DNA from: an uncultured bacterium
GTDB lineage: Bacteria; Babelota; Babeliae; Babelales; RVW-14
Direction: 5' to 3'
Assembly: GCA_963759805.1 (NCBI GenBank)
Contig: CAVXAT010000002.1
Location: 96,001 to 160,000, forward strand
Length of the DNA stretch: 64,000 nt
Shown here: one piece after another, positions 22,215-32,852 of the stretch
Layout: each line of letters begins with the position of its first letter
How positions within the stretch are numbered: the stretch's first letter is position 1
Notes under the pieces: model-generated
Seen by the model: only the letters and a program-made list of their open reading frames with translations
What the model was told of the DNA's origin: nothing
Databases searched by the model: none
Made by a program: the position numbers and the translations under genes

Positions 22215-23237
22215 ATGGACATTAGATACATTTACTCAATAATTTTAGGCATCTTCGTATTTACAATTCCAATGTTTGGTGCAATTCCCAAAAACGCTAA
22301 AATTTATGTTTCCGGACACCGTGGCCTTGTGGGGTCTGCACTAGTAAACAAATTACGCACCGATGGATACACAAACATTCTTCTAAGAACATCTAAGGAA
22401 CTTGATTTGCGCAATCAAGCCGCAGTAGAAGCATTTTTCGCCAAAGAACAACCTGAATATGTTTTTCACATTGCTGCAAAAGTCGGCGGAATTAATGCTA
22501 ATTTGCTAGCTCCAGCCGATTTTATACGTGATAACCTACAAATTATCACAAACGTCATAGATTCTGCACAAAAATATGGAACAAAAAAGCTTGTTTACAT
22601 AGGATCTTCCTGTATTTATCCTCGCATTTGTCCACAACCGATCAAGGAAGAATATTTACTGTCCGCATCGCTTGAACCATCTAATGAAGCGTATGCTGTA
22701 GCAAAAATTGCAGGGATCAAATTATGTCAGGCTTTTAATCATCAATATGGAACAACATTCGTTTCATGCATGTTGCCAAATATGTACGGCCCGGGTGATA
22801 ACTTTAATTTAAAAACAAGTCACGTCCTACCCGCAATACTTGTAAAAATTTATCAAGCGAAAAAGGAAGGTCATAAATCGGCTCCCATCTGGGGAACAGG
22901 TAAAGCAATCAGAGAATTTTTGTATAACGACGACCTTGCTGACGCACTCATGTTTTTAATGGAAAATTACAATGACAACGAAATCATAAATATTGGCACA
23001 GGCGAACCTGTTTCAATTCTCGAACTTGCCAACTTAATTAAAAAGGTGGTTGGATATGAGGGTACACTTGTTTTTGATCCAACCAAGCCGGAGGGCACAC
23101 CATGCAAGGTTATGGATGTAACACGCATTCATGCTCTTGGATGGTATGCAAAAAATACGCTTGAAGAAGGCATTCGTAAAACATTAAAGTGGTATGAAGC
23201 TAATCTTGAAGAGGGCATTCGTAAAAACATTAAATAA
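22215..23237 (+). CDS. fcl: GDP-L-fucose synthase with signal-peptide-like extension
   Basis: GHRGLVG, AAKVGGI, GSSCIYP, YAVAK, SHVLPA, WGTG..REF. Confidence 0.92.
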   Translation: MDIRYIYSIILGIFVFTIPMFGAIPKNAKIYVSGHRGLVGSALVNKLRTDGYTNILLRTSKELDLRNQAAVEAFFAKEQPEYVFHIAAKVGGINANLLAPADFIRDNLQIITNVIDSAQKYGTKKLVYIGSSCIYPRICPQPIKEEYLLSASLEPSNEAYAVAKIAGIKLCQAFNHQYGTTFVSCMLPNMYGPGDNFNLKTSHVLPAILVKIYQAKKEGHKSAPIWGTGKAIREFLYNDDLADALMFLMENYNDNEIINIGTGEPVSILELANLIKKVVGYEGTLVFDPTKPEGTPCKVMDVTRIHALGWYAKNTLEEGIRKTLKWYEANLEEGIRKNIK

Positions 23238-23264
23238 GGACTTATTTACAATAGGGGGGAGAGG

Positions 23265-24413
23265 ATGATGTTATCTAAATATTATTTATTTTTAGTGTAT
23301 ATTTTAGCATCAATTTTTTTTATAAATACACAGGCATTGGATAATCAAGCAATAGAGCCCAAAAAGGCTCTGATCATTGGAATAACAGGACAAGACGGTA
23401 CTTATCTTTCTGAATTTTTACTGGGCAAAGGATATTGCGTTCATGGCATGGTTCGCAGATCATCGTCAACCAATACAGGAAGGATAGACCATTTATGCCA
23501 AAATCAAGAGCTGCAAGCCAAAAAACTTTTCACCTTGCACTATGGTGACATTACTGATGCCAGTAACGTACTCAGCATAGTTCAAGCAGTTCAGCCTGAT
23601 GAAATATACAATCTTGCAGCTCAAAGCCATGTACAAATATCATTCGAAATGCCAATTTACACTGCGCAAGTTGATGGACTGGGAACATTAAACATTTTAG
23701 AGGCCATTCGATGCGCCGGTTTGACAAAAAAAACAAAATTTTATCAAGCATCAACAAGTGAACTGTTCGGCAAAGTACAGGAGATACCACAAAAGGAAAC
23801 AACCCCATTTTATCCACGTTCTCCATATGCTGCGGCCAAGCTATTCAGTTACTGGATTTCTATAAACTATCGTGAAGCCTATGGCATATTTGCTTGCAAT
23901 GGAATACTGTTTAACCATGAATCACCAATTCGCGGTGAAAACTTTGTTACCAAGAAAATTACACACGCAGCGGTCAGGATAAAATATGGATTGCAAGATG
24001 TTTTATCGTTAGGAAATCTAGATTCCAAGAGAGATTGGGGCCATGCACGAGATTATGTTGAAGCCATGTGGCTTATCTTGCAACAGCCTCAACCTGATGA
24101 TTTTGTCATAGCTACAGGAGAGACGCATTCTGTAAGAGAATTTGTTGATCTTACTTTCAAAGAAATTGGCATTGATATTGAATGGACGGGCCAGGGATTA
24201 GATGAAAAAGGCATTGATAAAAATACCGGCAAAACACTTGTCGTAGTTGATAAAAAATTTTTCCGACCAACAGAAGTTGATTTTTTACTTGGTGATCCAA
24301 CTAAAGCCAAAAATGTACTTGGCTGGAAACCACGCATTACATTTAAAAAACTAGTAAGCGAAATGATAGAAAGCGAATTAAAAGGCATGAACAGTTGGAG
24401 AGCCGCTAAGTAA
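23265..24413 (+). CDS. gmd: GDP-mannose 4,6-dehydratase with signal-peptide-like extension
   Basis: [45 protein letters not shown]. Confidence 0.95.
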   Translation: MMLSKYYLFLVYILASIFFINTQALDNQAIEPKKALIIGITGQDGTYLSEFLLGKGYCVHGMVRRSSSTNTGRIDHLCQNQELQAKKLFTLHYGDITDASNVLSIVQAVQPDEIYNLAAQSHVQISFEMPIYTAQVDGLGTLNILEAIRCAGLTKKTKFYQASTSELFGKVQEIPQKETTPFYPRSPYAAAKLFSYWISINYREAYGIFACNGILFNHESPIRGENFVTKKITHAAVRIKYGLQDVLSLGNLDSKRDWGHARDYVEAMWLILQQPQPDDFVIATGETHSVREFVDLTFKEIGIDIEWTGQGLDEKGIDKNTGKTLVVVDKKFFRPTEVDFLLGDPTKAKNVLGWKPRITFKKLVSEMIESELKGMNSWRAAK

Positions 24414-24498
24414 TCAAGCACGCTCACTCTGCGCTTTTTTTGCAACGAATAAATCTTTGTCGCATAAAAAACATATTATATCATTTCCATAATTTACT

Positions 24499-25440
24499 TT
24501 ATCTTAAAATGAATGTCGGTTCGTATGGCATATGAGGTGATTTATTTTCAATTTTATACAAAGGCTTGATATCAATTTTATATCCTCCATTAAATACATC
24601 TAACATTTTATCTGCAGAAAAACCTTCCATATGCAAATTACTGTAATCAGTTTGACTATTTAATGGGATATTAATTATCTTGGATTTTTTAAAACAAAGA
24701 CCTGTCCATTCCAGATTTACTTTTTTAGCCCAAGCACTCTCCAACCTGTTGGGAGAATAATAATTTAACTGACTGAAATTTTCTGCTATATCAGCTTTTC
24801 TATAAACGGTCATATCGACAGTATTTGGATAGCTCCAATCGCCACCTGTTCCGTCTTTAAATTTCCAAGCAATAATCCCATTTTCATATTCTTTAAAATT
24901 GGGCAATCTTGGATTTTTAAATGGAATAGTGTAATTTTCGGTTGTATTTTTGCCTAGCCTTAGATAAAAGCCGTAAGAATCATGTTTTTCGAGAGCATTT
25001 GCGCAAGCGTTCAAGTCAATTCGATCTTTAACAATTATATCATCTACAACAAATGCAATGTACTTGCTTTTGGATTTTTTTAAAAAAATATCAAGAAGTA
25101 GTGGCTTAAAATGCTCCCTCGGCTTATTTGAATCCTGAATATACATTTTAACATTAGGGAAATTTTTATTTACCAATTCATATGCTTTTTTAAATTTTTC
25201 GTCACTTACTCGATAAAGAACAAAAATATTCTGATCCCCTGTTACATAAGATTTTATTGATTCAAGACATGCATATAATTGCAATGGCCGATCATAAGAA
25301 AAAACTATTAAATCTACACTAAGATCAGAATTTACACTCTTTTTTAAACTTTGTTCTTTAGCAATAACAGTATGAAATCCAAATAAAAATACACCAAAGA
25401 CAAAGCAACTTAATACACACAGCTTGCTAGACATACACAT
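24499..25440 (-). CDS. GT-A-fold glycosyltransferase-like protein with signal peptide
   Basis: VFSYDRPLQL, FVVDD, FYLRLG, WSYP, PNRLE. Confidence 0.6.
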   Translation of the reverse strand: MCMSSKLCVLSCFVFGVFLFGFHTVIAKEQSLKKSVNSDLSVDLIVFSYDRPLQLYACLESIKSYVTGDQNIFVLYRVSDEKFKKAYELVNKNFPNVKMYIQDSNKPREHFKPLLLDIFLKKSKSKYIAFVVDDIIVKDRIDLNACANALEKHDSYGFYLRLGKNTTENYTIPFKNPRLPNFKEYENGIIAWKFKDGTGGDWSYPNTVDMTVYRKADIAENFSQLNYYSPNRLESAWAKKVNLEWTGLCFKKSKIINIPLNSQTDYSNLHMEGFSADKMLDVFNGGYKIDIKPLYKIENKSPHMPYEPTFILR

Positions 25441-25492
25441 TCCAACTCGTCAAGAAAATTAATAAGATATTCATTATTCAAATACCACTAAT

Positions 25493-26386
25493 TTATCCAA
25501 GATATGAATGACAAGATACATAATGATACCCTTTATTCTTAAACAATTCCAAATTTTGCAACTTAGTATTAATCCATTTTAGTTTTCTGATTTCACATTG
25601 ATTTGTTCTTAGGAGCGTAAAATTGAAATAAAGTTCATACTCTGAAGCACATGCCCCTTCAACATCGTTTAAATCAATACAATTGCAAAAGGCTTCCCAA
25701 AAACTTATTTTAAATTTTTTTTCTACTATTAAAAACATATCCTCCAAAATACAACGCTGCACAAGCATATGATGTGAAATTCCAGAGTATTCTGAGAATA
25801 CTCTTTTAAATCCGGGTATTAATTTTTGCCCATGATTAAAATATGGAGGATGAAACTCTTTTCCGGGATTGAAAAAACCTGCCCCTGTATTCTTATCACA
25901 AAACATTACAGGATTTAAAAAAATAGTATCTGCATCAAGAAGAAGAATATTTGAAGAGATATTTGGAATAACAAAAGGGGAATAGAGTTTTAATAGTTGC
26001 TGATAAATCCATCCAATTCGATCTAATTTGTAATTTTCGTCTTTAAAAAGTTGCCTAAGTAGATCCTTTTTAGAAAATGGAAATTTTGCCTCATCAAACC
26101 ATTCAGCCTTGGCGGTTAATTTTTCCGGTGAAATAACAATAACACGTCTGATATTTGAAGCGTTTTTCTTGATGCCTTCTATGCACATATCCAGTGTTCT
26201 AGCATCCTTGACTATGCATACAATTACGACGTCAATGGGGTCTTTATTAAATTTGTAAGCAACTTTTTGTATTGGTAAATAAGGGGGATTTTGTGTAAGA
26301 GCTTGAGTTTTATTTTTCGCAAAGCTACTAGCAAAACTAAACAACAAAAACCATATGTATGCAAAAAAAACAGTGTTTTTTTTCAT
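25493..26386 (-). CDS. GT-A-like nucleotide-sugar transferase (DUF6492-like) with signal peptide
   Basis: GWIYQQLLKL, LDADT, SEYELY; start MKKNTVFFAYIWFLLFSFASSFA. Confidence 0.65.
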   Translation of the reverse strand: MKKNTVFFAYIWFLLFSFASSFAKNKTQALTQNPPYLPIQKVAYKFNKDPIDVVIVCIVKDARTLDMCIEGIKKNASNIRRVIVISPEKLTAKAEWFDEAKFPFSKKDLLRQLFKDENYKLDRIGWIYQQLLKLYSPFVIPNISSNILLLDADTIFLNPVMFCDKNTGAGFFNPGKEFHPPYFNHGQKLIPGFKRVFSEYSGISHHMLVQRCILEDMFLIVEKKFKISFWEAFCNCIDLNDVEGACASEYELYFNFTLLRTNQCEIRKLKWINTKLQNLELFKNKGYHYVSCHSYLG

Positions 26387-27184
26387 CACTCTATCCTTAT
26401 CGAAAAAGACCCCGTCCAAAAAACAATTTATCAATGCCAAAATATTAAGTAAACAAAAATTATAAAATATAACCAAGCAAAAAACATAAAAATCAATATA
26501 TAAATTCTCTTGACTTTTATATTTAAAATCATAAATAATTATCCTATTGATCAAAGAAATTAGAGAAAAGGATATGAGTGAGAAACAAATACTTCCTTAA
26601 ACAATTTGCTATATTTTTTTTAATTCCATTAGCAACACAGTCAATGACAGCAACAAATACAAATAATATGGTAATAAATACCAAATTAATTCAATTTAAT
26701 GAATCAATAGACAATGCATATAATGCATCCATAATTGAGTATGGCAGTGGGTACCTTTTAATTTTTCGACATGACACTGAAAATAAATTATGTGCATGTG
26801 GGTACAAACAACCACAAATTAAAATGGTGTGCCTAAATAAAAATTTCGAACAAGTAACTCCTATTAAAAATGTTGAAATTAAAAAAGCAACCTCAAAAAC
26901 AAATTTGACAGAGAAGCTTATTCCATTTACACCAGAAGATGCACGAATACACTCTTGTCGTAGACAGTTGTTTTTAACTTATAATAGCGATGTTGATGTA
27001 CATCAACATACTACGAAGAGTAAAACTCCATGGAGAAGACAGATGTTTAAAGGGAAATTCGACCCCAAAAAAGCTTACCTTTCAGATATTGAACAAATTC
27101 CATCAAATAATATTCCATTAACACTTGTTGAAAAAAATTGGACCCCATTTGAATATCCTGAAGGATCCGGGGGGCTTTATTATA

Positions 27185-28186
27185 ACGCCAGTTCGATAAT
27201 TAGTTAAGGCTTGGAATTTCAGCAAAAAACCCCACACCTATCGCAGGTTTGTGTTGATGAAAAGAATAGGCTGAAATTGCAGCAAAAACATTCGTGAAAA
27301 AATTTTTAACACATCTATGTCTAGTATGTTCGATTTTAAAGGTATTTTTCAGGATATTGTTAACAGATTCAATGATGTTTCGTTTTTTTAGAAAAAGTTT
27401 TTCAAAAAAGATCATGAGCTTGTTTTTCATACCCTTTTTAAGCTTTGTTATAAGCTTGAGACCACGCCTAAAAAGTTTTTCAAAAAGAGGTTGTGATATA
27501 TAACCACGATCGCCAAAAAGCCAACCCCAAAGATTTTTTGTAACTTTAGAAATAACTGATTCGTTACGGTCATCAGTATTTCCTGGGGTAATCCAAAATG
27601 ACAAAATTTCACCGAAATGATTAATCACAAGATGGAGTTTGAACCCATAAAACCAGCCCATTGATGATTTTCCGCGCTGAGCAATACCCTTAAAAACTTT
27701 GTGTGAGTAAATTCGAAGATTGTGGCACACAACCAATTTTGTGGAATCAATAAAGGCAATACCGCGCATATTTTTACTGTTGCGACTTGCAGCAAATAAT
27801 GCCAATGGCTCTGCAGCCTCATGCATTAACTCAGTAAAGCGAGTGTAGCTAACCAAAGCCCCAAAGGCTGTTTTCAATTCTTTGCAAACATGGTCTTTGT
27901 AATATCTTTTGAATGTGTGATATCCAGAATAATGAAAATATACGCAAATCGTAAGAATATCGCTTAGAGTCATGCCTCGTGGGCGTCCTGCAGCATTTAA
28001 CGTGTTATTCTTTACTCTCTTTTCTTTAACATATTTTTCATATTGCTTGCAAAAATCATCAATTTCGCAAAAAATAGTTGTTAAGAACATGTTTAGCCTT
28101 TCTCTTTTTTTTTGAGGGTTTCATTTTTCTCAATTTAAACGAGAAAGGCTTTTTTTAAAGAACTTTTTTAATTATCGAACTGGCGT
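27185..28186 (-). mobile_element. IS982-family insertion sequence (1002 bp)
   Basis: Perfect 18-bp terminal inverted repeats acgccagttcgataatta; 7-bp direct repeat TATTATA at 27178-27184 and 28187-28193. Confidence 0.95.
27200..28090 (-). CDS. IS982-family DDE transposase
   Basis: IFCEIDDF, FIDST, GWFYGFKLH, GDRGY, RNIIES, IEHTRHR. Confidence 0.95.
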   Translation of the reverse strand: MFLTTIFCEIDDFCKQYEKYVKEKRVKNNTLNAAGRPRGMTLSDILTICVYFHYSGYHTFKRYYKDHVCKELKTAFGALVSYTRFTELMHEAAEPLALFAASRNSKNMRGIAFIDSTKLVVCHNLRIYSHKVFKGIAQRGKSSMGWFYGFKLHLVINHFGEILSFWITPGNTDDRNESVISKVTKNLWGWLFGDRGYISQPLFEKLFRRGLKLITKLKKGMKNKLMIFFEKLFLKKRNIIESVNNILKNTFKIEHTRHRCVKNFFTNVFAAISAYSFHQHKPAIGVGFFAEIPSLN

Positions 28187-28688
28187 TATTATATATACAT
28201 GACATGCCCTCATATAATTATAGATCTATCTAAATCATGTAAAATAATAAAAAATGAATTAAATTTAAAAACTTTATGGGACAGTGAAATATTTGGAAAC
28301 ATTAGAGGTGGAACACCAGCTCGGTTGGTTGATGGAGTTTATCTCACATTTTTTCATTCATGGAAATTTCATACAAAAACAAAAGAATATCGATACTTCA
28401 TGGGAGCATATATTTTTGAAGCAGCCCCACCATTCAAAATTCTCGCTATTACGCCAGAACCAATTAAAAATGACGAATTATGTACAGCCAAACACAGAGT
28501 TAAAAATTTACATGTTATATTTCCTGGTGGATTTGTTGTAGAAAAGAAAGATAGGCAAACTTTATTGCATGTTGCTTGTGGAGAAAATGATTCATCAATT
28601 CGCATCATTTCAATAGATAAAGATAAATTGTGGGAAAATATGAAAAAATGTTTTTCATAAAAGTATATTATTTAAAAAAAGGGTAAAA

Positions 28689-29600
28689 ATGACAATAAAA
28701 AATTGTTTCCTTGCACCTATTCTCTTGCAAACGTTGGTTTCAATTCAAATAAATGCTAGCTCAAAAAAAATTGTACCTCCAAAAGCAGTAGAAGCCAAAC
28801 AAGAAGCCAAAAAACCTGATACAAGCAACATTTTTGACCTTAAAAATTTTGAACGCCTAGCAAACATAACGATATCTTCTGATATAAAAAAATATTATTC
28901 AGATATAGATAAAGTTGATGGATGGTTTGATAAAAGACATATTATAATACTCCTCTTAATAAATTTATTTCAAACAAAAAATAGCATTAATGGAAATTTG
29001 GGTGAAATTGGTGTTTGGCAAGGCAAATCTTTTATTCCATTAATGCTACTTGCTAAAAACAATGAATATGCTGCTGCTATAGACTGCTTTGAATCATACG
29101 AATTCAATCGCGACAATTCCGGAGGAGGTTCTTGTAGCTTCGAAATTTTTAATAAAAATGTAGAAAAGTATTGTTCAAAACATAGTAATCTTAGAGTTAT
29201 AAAAGGTGATTCCTCTAGCTTTTCAGCAAAAGATTATCTCAGTGTAATGGAAAATGGGAAAGGCTTTAGAATATTTAGCATTGATGGTTGCCATGAAGCT
29301 CCCTCTACCATTAAAGACATGGAAAATGCATTTAACTGCCTGGCTGATGGAGGCGTTATAATCATTGATGACTATTTTCACACTTGTTGGCCAGGAGTTT
29401 CTGAAGGCCTTAATTTTTTTATGAATAAAAATGTTAATTGTTTGAAACCATTTTTAATTGCATGGAACAAAATATTTTTTGCACAACCAGCCTTTGCAAA
29501 AAAATATTTTGACTTGATTAAAGAATTTTTGATTCCCAATGATGTAAGAATAAAAAAATTCTTTGGCGTAGACACGTTAATATATGATAAGCAAGGATAA
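28689..29600 (+). CDS. Class I SAM-dependent methyltransferase (Methyltransf_24-like) with signal peptide
   Basis: GEIGVWQGKS, SIDGCH, GGVIIIDDY, WPGV. Confidence 0.8.
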   Translation: MTIKNCFLAPILLQTLVSIQINASSKKIVPPKAVEAKQEAKKPDTSNIFDLKNFERLANITISSDIKKYYSDIDKVDGWFDKRHIIILLLINLFQTKNSINGNLGEIGVWQGKSFIPLMLLAKNNEYAAAIDCFESYEFNRDNSGGGSCSFEIFNKNVEKYCSKHSNLRVIKGDSSSFSAKDYLSVMENGKGFRIFSIDGCHEAPSTIKDMENAFNCLADGGVIIIDDYFHTCWPGVSEGLNFFMNKNVNCLKPFLIAWNKIFFAQPAFAKKYFDLIKEFLIPNDVRIKKFFGVDTLIYDKQG

Positions 29601-29605
29601 TAAAA

Positions 29606-30532
29606 ATGAATTATAAAATACTTTTTTTATTTTTTTCACTAAGCATTAATCCCATATCAGCTAACGTTGAAACCCATCTAAAAAAAATAGTCGGAAAATC
29701 TGGAAATCACAAAATAAAAAATATAGATTTTATCTACATGATAAATTTGGATAAACGACCAGAAAAATTTGCCCGTTGCAAAGAACAACTATCTAAGTAC
29801 AATATTGAGCCATTTAGATTTTCTGCAGTTAATGGATGGGAATTACCAATGGAAACCATTAACGATGTTGGCGTAAAATACGAAACATGGATGGCGAAAG
29901 ATCTATGGGGAACTTATTATTCACCAGATAAAGGAGAGTTTCAGCATGAAATTATGAACGTCAAAGGAAGAACTTATTTCTGTCATTGTACGGTTCGCGG
30001 GCCAATTGGAATAAACCTAAGTCATCTTTCGATTCTTAAAGATGCATTGGATTCAAAATATAATACGATATGGGTAATGGAAGATGATATTCAGATTATT
30101 AAGGATCCACATAAAATTTCATCTTTAATTGATAAATTAGATAATCTTGTAGGTAAAAAAGGATGGGATATACTGTTTACAGACAAGGATGCAAAGGATC
30201 GAAATGGAAACTATGTTGTATGTTTAAGTTATGCCAAAAGACCAAACTTTTCCCCTTTGCATCCTGAACGATTTGCGGTAAGAAAACAAATTGATTCTGA
30301 TTTTATAAAAATTGGAGCACGTTATGGAGCACATTCAATGATAATTAGGAAGTCTGGAATACAAAAGCTTTTAAAATTTTTTTGTAAGTATTCCCTATTT
30401 CTTCCATATGATATGGATTTTACTATGCCTGACGACATACACTTGTATACCGTTACAGATGATATTGTATCAAACCAGCCTGGAGCACTTTCAGACAACG
30501 GATCTCCAGGATATTTGAAAAAAGAAAAATAA
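29606..30532 (+). CDS. GT25 family glycosyltransferase with signal peptide
   Basis: INLDKRPEK, RFSAVNG, LSH, VMEDD. Confidence 0.8.
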   Translation: MNYKILFLFFSLSINPISANVETHLKKIVGKSGNHKIKNIDFIYMINLDKRPEKFARCKEQLSKYNIEPFRFSAVNGWELPMETINDVGVKYETWMAKDLWGTYYSPDKGEFQHEIMNVKGRTYFCHCTVRGPIGINLSHLSILKDALDSKYNTIWVMEDDIQIIKDPHKISSLIDKLDNLVGKKGWDILFTDKDAKDRNGNYVVCLSYAKRPNFSPLHPERFAVRKQIDSDFIKIGARYGAHSMIIRKSGIQKLLKFFCKYSLFLPYDMDFTMPDDIHLYTVTDDIVSNQPGALSDNGSPGYLKKEK

Positions 30533-30577
30533 TTACTAAATAATTCTGGTATTTTTATCAAAAAAAAAGCGTTAGTT

Positions 30578-31627
30578 ATGCATATAAAAATATTTTTTAT
30601 ATGTGGCTTGTTATTCTACGTAAATTTGTCAGCCACTACCAAAAAAATAATTTACTTAGTTCCACCTTATTCTTCAGGAAAAGAGAATCTACTTTTTAAT
30701 CCAAATGAAAGGGATGACTGCAATAAGCCATTTATCGAATTAAGAAATGCAGCAGAAAAACTTGGTCATTCTTTAAAAGTAACAAAAGACATTACAAACT
30801 CAACCAATGTAGCCGCCATTGTCGTTATTACAACAAAACATTTAAATCCTGAATTTTTCAGGCAACTAGAAAAATACCCTTTAGAAAAACGTATTCTTTT
30901 TTTATACGAATCTCCATTGCTTGAGGGATGGGCGCATATTCCAGATATTACAAAGCATTTTGGAAAAACGTTTACCATGCTTGATAATTTTGTTGATAAC
31001 AAAACTTATTTTAAATTCTACATGCCACAACCATACCTAAGTATGCTTAAAAATATTCCAGATTTTGCTAAAAAGAAATTTTGTACATTAATCGCAGGAA
31101 ACAAAAACTGGAACAACGAGAAAAACCGTAACGAATTGTACTCTGAACGTAAAAAGACAATAAAATTCTTTGAATCTCTTCACCAAAATGAATTTGACTT
31201 ATATGGCATAGGCTGGAATACAAAAGAATACCCATCTTATAAGGGGAATATTACAAATAAAGCACAAATTCTGCAACAATACAAATTTTGCATCTGCTAT
31301 GAAAATATTCAAAACGTTTTTGGATATGTTTCTGAAAAGATTTTCGATTGCATGGCGGCAGGATGTGTTCCTGTTTATTGGGGAGCATCAAACATCCCAG
31401 ATTATGTTCCTGCTAACTGTTTTATTGACCGCCGTAAATTTAAGTCGCATGACGATTTATATCTATTTTTAAAAAGCATGGATAAGAAGACATATAACAA
31501 ATATCTAGAAAACATAAAAAGGTTCTTTAATTCTTCGCAGGCATCAAACTTTTCAATAGATAATTTCATAAAAATATTTTTTGCTGCAATCGATAGCTCC
31601 AAACAACAAGATCCTGGAAATGAATAA
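30578..31627 (+). CDS. GT10 alpha-1,3-fucosyltransferase-like protein with signal peptide
   Basis: YKFCICYEN..GYVSEKIFDC..GCVPVYWGA. Confidence 0.85.
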   Translation: MHIKIFFICGLLFYVNLSATTKKIIYLVPPYSSGKENLLFNPNERDDCNKPFIELRNAAEKLGHSLKVTKDITNSTNVAAIVVITTKHLNPEFFRQLEKYPLEKRILFLYESPLLEGWAHIPDITKHFGKTFTMLDNFVDNKTYFKFYMPQPYLSMLKNIPDFAKKKFCTLIAGNKNWNNEKNRNELYSERKKTIKFFESLHQNEFDLYGIGWNTKEYPSYKGNITNKAQILQQYKFCICYENIQNVFGYVSEKIFDCMAAGCVPVYWGASNIPDYVPANCFIDRRKFKSHDDLYLFLKSMDKKTYNKYLENIKRFFNSSQASNFSIDNFIKIFFAAIDSSKQQDPGNE

Positions 31628-31677
31628 ATAACAGCCCTTAATCCTGCAGCGAGCCCCTTTATCACGAAAAATTTTTA

Positions 31678-32852
31678 GCGGGAATTGCTTTTAATCCTGA
31701 GCATACTCTTTTGATTATTCCAAATATCTGTACATCCAAATTAATTTTCGTATAAGTTGTTATGTAGAGAAAGTGCAATCATTCTTTTATTAAGGGGGGA
31801 ATATGAAGTTAGGATATCTGCTTGTAATTTTATTATTAACTTTTACAACTAAAACATTATATTGTACAAATAATCACTCTCTAAAAACACATCCACAAAT
31901 CTCTCGAAAGTTTAAACTGTTGACAACGCTTTACAATGAAAAAAACGAAAAAAGATTTTTAGAATTCGTAACATGTATTGAAAATAATTTAAAAAATACA
32001 TCAATAGACACTATTCATGTCATTTATGACACCTCTAAAGACGACTCAAAAAATAGCATGCTACTCAACTATCTTAAATCCAAAAAAATAAGACTTTCTT
32101 ATATTTCAGACCGAGCATCATACGGAGATTTTTTCAAAATAGCAAATAAAAAATATCCAAATTGCAGGGTAATCGTAAGTAATGCCGACATATTTTTCAA
32201 CGAAACCTTATCGTTACTCGAAGCATGTGATTTATCTAATAAATTTATAGCATTAACCCGTTGGAATGTACAAGCGGATGGATCGCTCACTGAATGCGCC
32301 CCTAACGGGGGCTCTCAAGATGTGTGGATATTCCAAACCCCGCTACCAAAATTCGAAAATGATACAATTAAAATTGGGCTGTTGGGTTGCGAAAATGTTA
32401 TCGCTTATCAAGCACAAAAAAGCGGACTTACGTTATTTAATCCATCATTCTCTATTCAATGTTGCCATCTTCATTTGTCAAAAATCAGAAATTATCCAGG
32501 CAATCGGCCCTACAAAAACATGAAGAAGATCGGCGTACCCAAATGTACAATATCTAAACTCTTAGCACCCGACATTTTTTAGTCCTCAGTTAAGGCAAAA
32601 ACTTGTTTTTCACTAAGATGCGGGAATTGCTTTTAATCCTGAGCTTACTCTTTTGATTATTACAAATATCTGTACATCCAAATTAATTTTCGTGTAAGTT
32701 GTTATGTAGGGAAAGGGCAATCATTCTTTTATCTTTTATTAAGGGGGGGATATGAAGTTAGGATATCTGCTTGTAATTTTATTATTAACTTTTACAACTA
32801 AAACATTGTATTGTACAAATAATCACTATCTAAAAACACATCCACAAATCTC
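31678..32852 (+). repeat. Direct repeat of about 230 bp (31678-31903 and 32620-32852): upstream region, RBS and first 34 codons
   Basis: Near-identical DNA from gcgggaattgcttttaatcctgagc to acatccacaaatctc in both copies. Confidence 0.9.
31803..32582 (+). CDS. GT-A-like hypothetical protein with signal peptide
   Basis: VSNADIFF, ALTRW, SQDVWIF, GCE, HLH. Confidence 0.6.
   Translation: MKLGYLLVILLLTFTTKTLYCTNNHSLKTHPQISRKFKLLTTLYNEKNEKRFLEFVTCIENNLKNTSIDTIHVIYDTSKDDSKNSMLLNYLKSKKIRLSYISDRASYGDFFKIANKKYPNCRVIVSNADIFFNETLSLLEACDLSNKFIALTRWNVQADGSLTECAPNGGSQDVWIFQTPLPKFENDTIKIGLLGCENVIAYQAQKSGLTLFNPSFSIQCCHLHLSKIRNYPGNRPYKNMKKIGVPKCTISKLLAPDIF

Larger units (their letters stand above)
26578..28660 (+). 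pseudogene. Beta-propeller glycan enzyme (Bmt/GH130-like) interrupted by an IS982-family element
   Basis: Removing the IS and one target duplication restores the frame ...EKNWTPFEYPEGSGGLYYIYMTCPH...RGGTPA...FFHS (357 aa). Confidence 0.85.
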
